A program made the translations under genes and the position numbers. Below the pieces are notes generated by a model, which did not search any database, was not told the DNA's origin, and was given only the letters and a program-made list of their open reading frames with translations. A stretch of 41,067 nt of DNA from an uncultured Coriobacteriia bacterium (GTDB taxonomy: Bacteria; Actinomycetota; Coriobacteriia; Coriobacteriales; QAMH01), in NCBI GenBank assembly GCA_949879855.1, contig CATLBX010000003.1:1-41067 (forward strand). Direction: 5' to 3'. Shown in pieces: positions 15,001 to 20,043 of this stretch; position 1 is the stretch's first letter, and the number at the start of each line of letters is the position of its first letter.

Positions 15001-18000
15001 ACCTACACGCTGCCCACCTCGACGGTGACGCGTAGCGGCTACACGCTCAAGGGCTGGACGAACAGCCAGTACGCGAGCGGTGTCGATGCGGCCACGATCA
15101 TCTCCGACCTCAAGGGCATCAAGTCCCAGAACGCCTACACGGCCGTGAGCGCCAGCACGGGCCGCGACGCCGTGACCGGCAAGGTCTTCACCGCCGTGAC
15201 AAGCGGGGGACAGACCCTCTACATCATGCCGACGGGCAACGTGACGCTCTACGCCACCTGGCGCGCCAACGACGACACGCAGTACCTCGTCGAGCGCTGG
15301 GTCGTCTCCGGCGATGGCACCCGCTATGCGGTCACCTCCGACGGCAAGCTCATCCGCGATACCAACGGCAAGCTCGTGACCAGCTCGACTGCCGATGCGA
15401 GCCACGTCGTCAAGCACGTGGGCATCACCGACGAGGAGGCCTGGGCCGACGCGAACGTGGCCGGAACGAGCTACCGCAACGACGATTCCGCGCTCACCTT
15501 CGCCGGCTACGCCTTCGCGGCCAACGGCGAGACGGTCATCGCCAAGGACGGCGCGACCGCCTTCACCACCATCGCCCGCAAGGTCATCACCGGCGACGGC
15601 AAGATGGTCCTCGTGCTGTACTACAAGCCCAAGCTCAACACCATCACCTTCAACTTCGGCAGCGGCACGAGCACCGGCGCGCCCGCGACGATGCAGGTCT
15701 ACACCGACCAGACCGTCGAGCTGTCCGCCGATGCCGAGCGCACGGGCTACGACCTGGTCGGCTGGTCCAACGTCTCGACCTACAGCGTGAAGGTCGACGG
15801 CGCCACCACGGCCACGACCGTCAACGTCGGCACCTCCAAGGGCCTGGCCTCCCAGGCCGCCGCCGACGCGGCCAAGGCCAATACCAAGCGCACCTCCGAC
15901 AAGGGCGCCGCCTTCACCGCCGTGACAATCGGGGGACAGACCCTCTACATCATGCCGACCGACGCGAGCATCACGCTCTACGCCACCTGGCGCGCCAAGT
16001 CCGACACCGTCTTCTACGTCGACCGCTACAAGGTCACCGGTGACGGCGTGGTCGTGCCCATCGACGCGAACGGCAAGGACCTCGCGGCCCTCGTCTCGCT
16101 GCGCTTCACCGGCGTCACCGACGAGACCGCCACCGCCGGCGCCAAGAGCGGCCCGAAGCCCTGGAACACCGCCGCCTACGGCACCCTGGCCGGCTACTAC
16201 ACGATCGCCAACGGCACGAGCGACCGCGTCATGCTCAAGGACGGCAGCGGCTACGTCGTCATGACCACCATCAGCGCCGGCGTCATCGCCGGTGACGGCA
16301 GTCTGCACCTCGTCGTCTACTACTTCCCGCTGGCAGACCGCGTCCTCGACCTCGACGTCGGCGACGGCACCTGGGAGCCCGGCAAGGAATCCCAGTACAG
16401 CGGCAACAAGCACGCCACCGAGTCGAGCTTCACGCTGCCCACCAACGCCGACGTCAAGCGCCCGGGCTACACGCTCGTGGGCTGGGCCATCGACAAGAAC
16501 GGCCTCATGGCCGCCGGAAAGGACACCGCCAAGGGCGCGGCGTCGCAGAAGTCCTACCTCACGCTCGCCGCCGGCAAGACCGGTTACATCGCCGATGGCG
16601 GCGCCGAGTGGATCGCCGTGATTTCCGGCTACGATGCGTCGACCTTCACCTACACCTTCATCGGCGCCGATGACGTCATCTACGTCATGCCCACGAACGC
16701 CAAGGTCATGCTGCGTGCCGTGTGGCGCGCCAACGACAACACGCCGTATTACGTGTCGCGTTGGGGCATCAACGGCGATGGCATCGCCTTCCCGTTCAAG
16801 CAGGACGGCACGGTCGACATGAACGGCGACCAGATCGTGATTCATGACGATCCTGCGTGGATCAAGGCCAACTACGTCGTCCACTACGGCATCACCGACG
16901 AGATTGCCTGGGCCGATGCGAACGTCGACGGCGTCTCCTATCGCAACGCCGACAACATCGAGGTGAACGGCTACAGGTACCTCCCGACCGACGATCCCGC
17001 GTTCGACTCGATCGGCGGCAGCCTCAACACGATGGCCCGCGCGGTCATCAAGGCCGATGGCAGCATGGTGCTCATGCTCTACTACAACGCCAAGGACAAC
17101 ATCACCTACTCCGTCTACCACGTGCGCGTCACCGGTGACGGCACGGTCAAGAACCTCGTCAAGCAGGAGTTCATGAAGAAGAACAACTCCTACGTCACCG
17201 TCGACAACCTCGATTACAACGGCCTCGACGACAGCCGCTTCCTCGGCTACGAGTACGTCGACTCCATCGTCATCAACGGCGTCACCTACTACTCGCATAT
17301 TGCCGGTAACGTCTACGACGGCCTCATCCTGTATCGCTACTACAAGGCCATCTACGACGAGGGTGACAAGGGCATCCACCTCGAGCTCAATCCCGGAATG
17401 GGCATCTGGGTGAACACCGGCGAGTCCACGCCGTCGATGATTCCCGGCACCTCGAACAGCTCGCACGACACCTTCGCCGCCGAGACCACGATCACGCTTC
17501 CGGGCGCCGACCAGCTCTATCGTCCCGGCTACGAGTTTGTCGGATGGTCCGACATGCCCGACGGTGCGGATGCGAAGGGCAACTACTCCGTGATCACGTC
17601 CGACCACCTGATGAGCGTCGATCCCGAGACGGGCCAGTACACCGATGTGCTGCGCGCCCTCATCATGAGCCTGCTCTCGCAGCGCATGGAGGATGCCGAG
17701 AACAGGGCGATCGAGGTCGATGGCGACAACCCGACCTACAAGTTCCTCGACCATCTCTACATCGCGCCCGACGGCAAGTTCCTCGTCCCGACCAAGACCA
17801 TCAGGCTCCACGCGATCTGGCGCGCCCGCACCGACACGAAGTACACGGTCAGCCATTGGTGGGTCGACCAGTACGGCGTGGCGCACGAGATCGAGGACAG
17901 CAGGCTCAACCTCGAGGGCATGACCGACGAGAACGTGTACGGCTCCAAGCTCGACGACAACCATGAGGCCGTCGCCGGTTACACGTACGTGAAGGAATAC

Positions 18001-19776
18001 CAGGGCGCGATCGTGCTCGTGCGCGACAAGAACGGAAACGCCGTCCAGGAGACCGACGAGTACGGCAACCCGCTGTTCAATGCCGATGGCCTGCCCATCT
18101 TCAAGTACGCCTACCAGCCGGCCATCGACGCGTTCGGCACGCTGCTCGCCCGCGGCATCGAGTTCGACAACCTCAACGGCGACGGCAGCACGCACCTGCG
18201 CTTCTACTACATCGCCAACAACAACACGAGATACTACGTCGAGCGCTGGGTCATCACCGGTGACGGCACGCTCGTGCCGCTCAAGGCCGACGGCACCGTT
18301 CCCCATGACGCGAACGGCAACCTGCTCGTCCACGACGCGAAGTGGGCCGAGGGCCAGCGCCTCGTCTACGTCGGCTTCACCGGCGAGATGGCGTGGGCGG
18401 ACGGCGTCGACGCGAGCGTGACCTACCGTCATCTCGATAACATCCCGGTCCTGGGCTACACCTACCTCCCGCACGGCCAGAGCGTGACAATCGGGGGACG
18501 TACCTTCACGACCCAGGCGCGCGCGATGATCGCGGGCGACGGCTCGACGGTCCTGGTCCTCTACTACGTCTTCGACGAGTCGACCCTCGTCCTCGACCCC
18601 GCCAACGGCCTCTGGACCAACACCGATGGCAAGGAGGGGACAGACCCCGCATGGTCGACTGGCAACCTGGGGACAGACCCCGACGCGCCGCGCAAGACGC
18701 TCGAGCAGCTCATCGCCGAGCAGATCGCCGCCGCTACCAAGGTGCTCTATGCCGCCGGCGGCAACATCGCCCTCGACGATCCGCGTCGCCTGCCCATCAC
18801 GCTCAAGTACGGCACCGATGCCCAGATCATGCTCCCGACCGCCGACCAGCTCCTGCGCAACGGCTACGTTCTCATCGGCTTCGTCGACGGCAACGGCAGG
18901 CAGTACGCGCCCGGCTACATCTTCACGATGCCCAGCTCCAGCATCAGGCTCATGGCCCTGTGGGCTCCCATCATCTACACCATCACCTTCGACAAGAACG
19001 ATGACGTGGCGACCGGCGCCGCGCCCGAGCAGCGCTACGAGTACGGCTCGGCGGGGACGCGCCTTGACGACGTCGATTTCGAGCGCCGCAACGGAACGCT
19101 CCTCGGATGGGCGTTCTCGCCCGACGCGGCCAGGCCCGACTTCACCGTCGGCCAGCTGATGTCGGCCCTGCTCGAGAGCGGCGTGCTCGGCCTCGTGAGG
19201 GGCGATGGCATCGACGATCCCGCGACGGCCATGTACCTGCTCGCGGCCATGGCCGGCAATGGCGGCAACGCCATCAAGCTGTATGCGATCTGGGACGTCG
19301 AGCGCCACGTCGCGGGCCTCGAGGGCTTCGAGCCCGATGTCGATGACTTCGGCCACTTCGTCACCGAAGGCGAGTATCCGGGAGGCAAGATCACGATTGA
19401 TTCGGATGGCGTCGAGCCGGGCTTCACGCTCTCGCCCGATGACGTCCTGATCGAGCTCAACCCGGACTACTACATCAAGGGCTGGAACGTGATTCGCGAT
19501 GGCGTGACCACTTACATCGAGGGCGCCGACGCGATCTTCTCGGTGACGATGGACAGTGACGTGATTTTCGCCCCGGTCTTTGGCAACTATGCCGAGGAGG
19601 AGGCCGAGGAAAGGGCACGTTACCTCGCGCAGCTCGCTGCGTACGGGACGCCCAGGACCGGTGATGACGTCATGGGCACGATGGGTCACGAGGCCGCGGT
19701 CGGGCTGCTGGCACTCCTCATTCTGGTTCTGCTCATCCGCCGTCGCAGGCAAGAGACGCCAAGCCGGGGACGATAG
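1..19776 (+). CDS. Giant cell-wall-anchored surface protein/adhesin, 5'-truncated by the window edge; Listeria-Bacteroides (InlB B-type) repeats alternating with MucBP-like modules
   Basis: Frame 1 is open from nt 1. Codons 1-7 (PGRGWYL) already continue the repeat signature, so the GTG at 22 is not the true start. The stop is TAG 19774-19776. By eye there are roughly 25-30 copies of the signature (R)PGY.(L/F).GW...DG....Y..G......LYA(V/T)W. Between them are paired ~90-130 aa modules that begin ..Y.V..(Y/W)...GDG and end DGS.VL.LYY. The C-terminus has a TPRTG motif, a hydrophobic helix and an RRRR tail. Confidence 0.9.
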   Translation, partial: PGRGWYLVGWDVTYVTGDGSVNTQTGLDVNAPATFQILGPTTFLARWKEAIIVNYLPGDHAADGAFPDPAVENETIFTHVAPLGKFPAYANSIGALPEGAVDADGASWYFAGWEIHWKLRGQEGYVGDAVSIFQVDLSQVADLTVVFPGKAEGDERVYDIDVIALWAPADYYVIFDANEPEGADAHTGIMPPKQGFLFDSKIALTNNAYVVSGYTFAGWNTKADGTGTSYADGAVTGILESFSDWFSTDPEKTLKLFAQWTAKTYDVTVDLRDGAPGTLSAGTSGVKDFIAQTITLGTASHVVYVATETYGVGVESAINLVVNKGYRLAGWEWSAVKDDGTTVTGTVTVDDGDANFGLGKLTVLGTVTAYAVFEQLSSVSYLPGDHGNWTGTATTGGTGTFFDDIRIGSAVPTFGTGNDALLVDVPGLGKLPGADDDSNWLFNGWRGSDGKVYANYVIPTDVLVTAGGMTFTALWVAKDQTLTLNANGGAFANGTADTITAIAKTDVTLPGTTDVVLTGWILDGWSLAAGGAILYAPGETIKMPTAPTTLFAHWKQDYVEVSYEVKADGSNYYGHITGPAGAGNGIVWVEQTVSDPRGTYVPAYADPSYDKLVNIKGTQSLSAVSGDALDPANLSNMLYAGPFTLTANAFEGYRFVRWVDEDGNEVSTNPSLLVTRDTLTGRYKAHTYYAIFAELESVTIDYTVSDSNVVWVDFATEAVPPVSGNPRTNVAHVSAGYVIEGWYDAAGNKVGSGDSFTPSRGADGMYVAGSYVVRVIPKTDTPFVIEYWLQDTTGAFVKDAASTVNGTGSTDLVLTINADGTISGVPADGVITLPAGNLILSFAGHSFSASASTLTGAIAADGSLALKLYYTNNTLTNPTIIYNAGTGGSVTLGSEQIDITVTPIPSPIGSTPVAAPGYQFSHWQVGDDPDMQLNIGISSLFTPPTPDGGWLEKTVYAYTAIFIELPSITINYVAGTGGSVSLGSESVRPATGTPAGSLATANSGYAFDHWEDEFGNVVMYDATNKAPAHLVPPRNADGVFVATTYTAIFVALPVDYTVQHYKVDRYGNVTLVRTDTDQAYAGTTVTATPIDTTADGLWAGYTYAPGHSGEVSVGVVMVNPTLVLKLYYTANSDTPYVVYRYQLDGNGVFTQLPSESYTGYTDDTVTTTPNVPVGYQLVADGTYASGILAGIPTQLATQLAGMFTGDGKLVLIHVFEAVKVQYVVNYWKIPGSALTQGDPLSFKAPAAPSQTFYDYTGVRVTAVPPSIPGYTYVLPSAHREMYPSVDTGVVLGDGTLVLNLYFEADYHTLTLVPNTGAGAGTWAPGYSAFGSTLLRSETETTLPTTTHLRNPGYTFKGWATENGGAVVHAPGATIAIGTADITLYAVWEANTDTPYTIERYQLNADGTITKLPNLTGTGTTGESVTTVPVAPDGYQVPTTDYITGLWDGNPVYRIDEILTGVITGDGKLKLVHVFIPVAGNYVVKIFKVDGMGNAIQVDVDGNELAAGDVLLEGYKHAGAVGSNVIVDSASATDTPGFIYHAYASNPPRGYSYLGDAVSFVVNGKTYLTIASGVIGDQTLELVIYFEPNTYELTYVTGDPTDPDAGKWVGAGDSSPATQFGYELNVPANGTLAVVTRTGYELLGWTTVATYSVRADGTIVAAGTDGLDVKEIVNARGQEAIDVATWLATLAAGTYYAAGDTFKMPANDMSLYAVWTPTLTNYYVNRYSVAKDGSVTLIDSVTRTAPTHTTAAATDADKEIVGQFYRVPGGAEPSSIDSVLITPDGLAMIKLYFDVTADTEYTVEFLRYTGTGLIEPINAFKANATSAGGAAVYDETATANPSGADTNMLLFRGYANTRIYVDQNGTDTQLIYYNNCLAKIAAAAITGYAYDATFSTVIDGKTYTTMATGIIGAGGALKLTLVFAAQQNDLIYDVNAAEDAAKGNAGWVISDQSPKPAPRTGSTVTLPDATTLYRFGYVFGGWNTMADGSGDTYAAGASFVTGNTAQTLYAVWTPGNADYFIDYYKVRGDGTVELYDSVILTGITERTVTVTDEQKNYRIPEGYAYAAGHSGEVLSGVVTGWSGNRAGDTSGALHLKLYYEPTNSTEYRVVRWAATGDGKLVAVDANGNLNFDIALEPTADGRLVQLDAKGNPVAWLNADGTQYVITSTEHRQVFDADGNPVRQPVIGEDGNPVKDESGNVVYEDVYEDVTVYNVQYRYWSLLPNGSVVPLDVAGIVDATFGAKFLDGNGCITSTLDGVTYHLPAFATPFLIVHANGKADAMANAAATTDEVTANPNVNAHDNVAIQGFEFLVHGSTTRLGDAAETKVTTVAQGSIAADGSLVLTLYYYAVRSMLTFDPGTGADGSTVGSWFNGEDLSAEYMPNEVVTLPTGTNLRRPGYTLAGWTTIKNFVENMGTDPRFSIGSDGDSLVGVAMGQTAIDLQAWLATLGGQYFTTTFTMPRGATTLYPVWLPRNDTVYTVEYYKHRGDDTVVLDATVQYTGMTDTLAKAGLVSTGMVDGVAVDDVNRYGTAFYKLVDKDGNPVLTVTDKNGKVWTALLSFNIAADGSTVLKVIYEAQEIDYTVIWYKFTGNEAFVEAKTETRRGLVDGPVSVTDADLKVAFDGYKYYPGFSLRGQRELLSADIASDGSTILKIFYEAQDVTLFLDLGSFGAWSGQEHDADKYKADRTVKLSTLVERPGYDFIGWASIADGKDTKGSASITLADAMLKALNDAIAAGTTTLDANGNIVFAYDGSGITLILASGDGNYTLGAVNVTLYAVWKARNDSVYTVQHYRVTGDGTLKPVITDTYTGITDDPINVSAEHYDYVAGTGNTAGNVAAFQGYAYAPGFSKVIGGQTLAEIAAGTILADGSLVLKLYYEAIDQSITLNTGAGAWNGSENFYNATWNADKTQGVDNTVKTETTLTVPSRDSASRPGYTLVGWTTITTYDIVGGKITAGSRYNIADATGQTARDVVAWLESLNAALAANPITGGTDPNAGRQYFACGTSFVLPAGGATLIAVWQANTNTTYTVEHHKLVMDAAGNVVDTIVLTENLTGITDEQVTGIAQTYAGYTFVANGQTAYPGQAYVTFAQGTIAGNGSLVLKLYYRANTNTKYTVERWIASADGKQLTKVDEKVLTGTTDTSVTPGSTNPLGYTLDNSFVPSTISGTGAWPNAAIPTAIIAGDGTTRIIQFYVPIDVLYTVEFYRYTGDGKVLPFNGFEASAGKNYAEFIAGGSVPVFIAGTSTGAATNVIKGWGKTSSTLSVDRPAGISASAGFTYAHLNLSAAENANFIGYTYDEAFEQVIGGVTYKTIAQGVILADGSLVLKLFYVPETLSVTYNTGSASTTVTFQKNHTSESTFKLPLETTEGPVVDRAGYTLVGWTVASHYTGSGTAESPFALAAANAAGAKSISAATGYEAQRLAAWLATLGTDPDFATHWGQTLTPDLAAQMGKTYYAQGSSFKIGVLSMNLYAVWTPTGTTEYTADIYKIKGDGTMELVGTKTYTNGVADEDTNTLAKLPAQSSADVYDKSLDTEFGLAGYRWVASTEDGQTIDAGMPANTIAHAIVSANGTTKLIFIFRAIEVEFQVKRYRVDGDGNIIEVDVDGNDITDDATAKRFTHKGLTDANVNVTATADDMAGTDASGFKGGWYYFIDNLDNVGMVTALDGSLIAAFTYDATYAGNLSTGVIAGDGSLVLKLFYLPGNFTFALDPGAGTWGTDLFDAAQTQEGTLETTTSIWYRHYGASTTITLPTASELTREGYVLAGWMVGNDVENAMRFDVLGPVITYTMPVGEVMLRPIWTGLETAYMVYHVKVRGDGTLEYYIGSNKVAAGTGEIVRGTTGLTAQVTANSYAGYEAIADLVSYTYVGADGISHTVTTAANVLIEWGGAFDGVNKGKTAVYIYYKPLVVKYTVEHWAISGDGTLYAIDADGNLLRDANGNLVASPNAVRGEHEGYSDAHIYVLGSVPADAVAGTYTTYSPWSIAGYEYVLGTIASINGKGPWTDGMLTSGIYVAPDGTLVLKLYYVAKNLTLTYDPGANGSITAGGNQGTDPVDVTHRADHTFKLPAATDEKLTVSRPGYVLKGWTTLMSYGVAADGSIVSADTAGAIVKLIADAKGAEAEAVIAWLEKLGTDPQGRPYYYLNGATFLMPTANETLYAVWTPRSDIVYTVEHWLITGDGTFSPLDKNGNVIRDANGALVTGTPNTSADASDTTNAAYRVTYNNGKSDVVFDLDAIGGYTRTVAGYTYLLNNASFTIAGATGTTYAVKTISADGKTVFYLFYRANENTIRFEVGSLGTIDGGTLDATENVNFITQKHYTDDSFDLADVPTPTRPGYDFLGWTIADKKGTDPINDAMGYTAQQIVTWLEAQNAGKGTYLKLFFKSGTNFTYLTPTGDIILRAVWTPQLVDYTINRWKVTGNGDKVELDSVTYKGYADTEVRFDAAKTEYKDGITYLKVDVPTGYRFLAAGTSEIYTGTNKLTQSFRTDAYGNVLPNGTAKFTLWYLPKTFKLELELGTLGTWNDTTTGTNTGTLKTVEYDAESVHEMLGYLSASRPGYTLVGWSSSDFSALKGEASQAKWLELAASVVGADWVRVTTVLKSDATGTSLTGYTYAYIANSYENIKYMYTMGLAGVKFYAVWRANDDTVYYVDHVRWEGNSTAKTTITEEFRGMTDKNYTATPFNTMLADPRFNTSFTGYGYNGTDPKPSTATKAVTGDGTMRITLNYFAQKLNLTLESTGGTWSTTWNPEHLTESSFNLPTNADIKRPGYTLVGWSTTNPDDGLTGNIKGLASQVKAGQLAAITGNDTANGGANWITVATTSDGKTYVFVTPGYKMPTRGQTLYAVWYANNDTKYAVERWVVSGDGVRYALKADGTLERDANGLLVTSDKADSAHSLSYVGTTDEEAWADAIDGSIVYRTNDTLLTITGYAYAADGETIVAKDGVVTIGGQTLKTDARATITGDGKMTLVLYFKPLQFTLDFYIGATSTPNLSATPARATLYADQTYTLPTSTVTRSGYTLKGWTNSQYASGVDAATIISDLKGIKSQNAYTAVSASTGRDAVTGKVFTAVTSGGQTLYIMPTGNVTLYATWRANDDTQYLVERWVVSGDGTRYAVTSDGKLIRDTNGKLVTSSTADASHVVKHVGITDEEAWADANVAGTSYRNDDSALTFAGYAFAANGETVIAKDGATAFTTIARKVITGDGKMVLVLYYKPKLNTITFNFGSGTSTGAPATMQVYTDQTVELSADAERTGYDLVGWSNVSTYSVKVDGATTATTVNVGTSKGLASQAAADAAKANTKRTSDKGAAFTAVTIGGQTLYIMPTDASITLYATWRAKSDTVFYVDRYKVTGDGVVVPIDANGKDLAALVSLRFTGVTDETATAGAKSGPKPWNTAAYGTLAGYYTIANGTSDRVMLKDGSGYVVMTTISAGVIAGDGSLHLVVYYFPLADRVLDLDVGDGTWEPGKESQYSGNKHATESSFTLPTNADVKRPGYTLVGWAIDKNGLMAAGKDTAKGAASQKSYLTLAAGKTGYIADGGAEWIAVISGYDASTFTYTFIGADDVIYVMPTNAKVMLRAVWRANDNTPYYVSRWGINGDGIAFPFKQDGTVDMNGDQIVIHDDPAWIKANYVVHYGITDEIAWADANVDGVSYRNADNIEVNGYRYLPTDDPAFDSIGGSLNTMARAVIKADGSMVLMLYYNAKDNITYSVYHVRVTGDGTVKNLVKQEFMKKNNSYVTVDNLDYNGLDDSRFLGYEYVDSIVINGVTYYSHIAGNVYDGLILYRYYKAIYDEGDKGIHLELNPGMGIWVNTGESTPSMIPGTSNSSHDTFAAETTITLPGADQLYRPGYEFVGWSDMPDGADAKGNYSVITSDHLMSVDPETGQYTDVLRALIMSLLSQRMEDAENRAIEVDGDNPTYKFLDHLYIAPDGKFLVPTKTIRLHAIWRARTDTKYTVSHWWVDQYGVAHEIEDSRLNLEGMTDENVYGSKLDDNHEAVAGYTYVKEYQGAIVLVRDKNGNAVQETDEYGNPLFNADGLPIFKYAYQPAIDAFGTLLARGIEFDNLNGDGSTHLRFYYIANNNTRYYVERWVITGDGTLVPLKADGTVPHDANGNLLVHDAKWAEGQRLVYVGFTGEMAWADGVDASVTYRHLDNIPVLGYTYLPHGQSVTIGGRTFTTQARAMIAGDGSTVLVLYYVFDESTLVLDPANGLWTNTDGKEGTDPAWSTGNLGTDPDAPRKTLEQLIAEQIAAATKVLYAAGGNIALDDPRRLPITLKYGTDAQIMLPTADQLLRNGYVLIGFVDGNGRQYAPGYIFTMPSSSIRLMALWAPIIYTITFDKNDDVATGAAPEQRYEYGSAGTRLDDVDFERRNGTLLGWAFSPDAARPDFTVGQLMSALLESGVLGLVRGDGIDDPATAMYLLAAMAGNGGNAIKLYAIWDVERHVAGLEGFEPDVDDFGHFVTEGEYPGGKITIDSDGVEPGFTLSPDDVLIELNPDYYIKGWNVIRDGVTTYIEGADAIFSVTMDSDVIFAPVFGNYAEEEAEERARYLAQLAAYGTPRTGDDVMGTMGHEAAVGLLALLILVLLIRRRRQETPSRGR
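3163..18960 (+). repeat. Intragenic protein-level super-repeat: one LB repeat followed by 1-2 MucBP-like modules, about 16-17 units of variable length
   Basis: The junction LYAVW(T/R/E)(A/P)N(T/D)DT.Y.V(E/D)(R/H)(Y/W) recurs, for example near 4150, 5140, 6030, 7400, 8330, 9050, 10410, 12470, 13195, 13900, 14520, 15255, 15985, 16725 and 17815. Units are diverged (neighbouring units about 50-60% aa identity by eye), so this is not a recent perfect DNA tandem repeat. Confidence 0.7.
7239..18681 (+). repeat. 16 in-frame copies of the GGGGACAGACCCC mini-hairpin element inside the giant CDS, plus 2 degenerate copies
   Basis: Core start positions are 7239, 8554, 8964, 9697(-), 10281, 10310, 11884(-), 12138, 12384, 13032, 14501, 14830, 15205, 15931, 18636 and 18669. 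Degenerate copies are at 11141 and 18493. They translate as GTDP or GGQTL in forward orientation and GSVP in reverse. I saw none in nt 1-7238. Confidence 0.85.
19645..19773 (+). other. Candidate sortase sorting signal (LPXTG-variant TPRTG, TM helix, positively charged tail)
   Basis: The C-terminal sequence is ..AAYG-TPRTG-DDVMGTMGHE-AAVGLLALLILVLLI-RRRRQETPSRGR. TPRTG is encoded at 19648-19662. Confidence 0.55.
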
Positions 19777-19778
19777 GC

Positions 19779-19938
19779 GGGGGACAGACCCTCGGCAGGC
19801 GGGGGACAGACCCCCGCTTCGTCCGCCGGTGAAAGAATGGGGACAGACCCCCGATTGCCAGCTCCCATATCCGCCGGTGAAAGAATGGGGACAGACCCCC
19901 GCTTCGTCCGCCGGTGAAAGAATGGGGACAGACCCCCC
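19779..19938 (+). repeat. Cluster of 5 mini-hairpin elements immediately after the giant gene stop codon
   Basis: Cores are at 19779, 19801, 19839, 19887 and 19924. The last three share the composite unit ccgccggtgaaagaatGGGGACAGACCCCCgcttcg, with 48- and 37-nt spacing. Confidence 0.9.
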
Positions 19939-20000
19939 GCTTCGAATCTCCGCATCTGCCCCCATGGTTCGCCCAAGCCCGTGTCGTCACGAAGCGATGC

Positions 20001-20006
20001 TATAAT
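20001..20006 (+). promoter_or_regulatory. Candidate -10 box (TATAAT) for the 20044 gene
   Basis: A perfect TATAAT lies 38 nt upstream of the ATG, in the context TATAATTGCC. The same context is seen at 23382. No convincing -35 box was found. Confidence 0.3.
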
Positions 20007-20043
20007 TGCCCGAGCAGACTGACCTTCGAAAGGCACCAAACGC

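Noticed and set aside
1-19776. A diversity-generating retroelement or cassette-type variation system acting on the adhesin repeats.
   Set aside because: There is no reverse transcriptase, no template/variable repeat pair with A-specific mismatches, and no invertase or silent cassettes in the window. The repeat units are diverged at the protein level throughout.
19779-19938. A CRISPR-array interpretation of the clustered ~25-nt repeats. The same question applies at 26522-26672, 29057-29190, 31059-31267 and 36288-36412.
   Set aside because: There are only 2-5 copies per cluster, and spacing is irregular (22-50 nt). The 'spacers' are themselves repeated (31059-31267) or too short. Copies are dispersed at many loci and occur inside ORFs. 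No cas genes or leader were seen.
11881-19965. A 2,694-aa ORF on the minus strand, antisense to the giant gene. There are also many 60-650 aa ORFs in the other frames of 1-19776.
   Set aside because: This is a typical stop-codon-poor antisense or alternate frame of a high-GC gene. The products are low-complexity (R/G/A/V/D-rich) and have no start context. The sense frame has clear domain repeats and a sorting signal.
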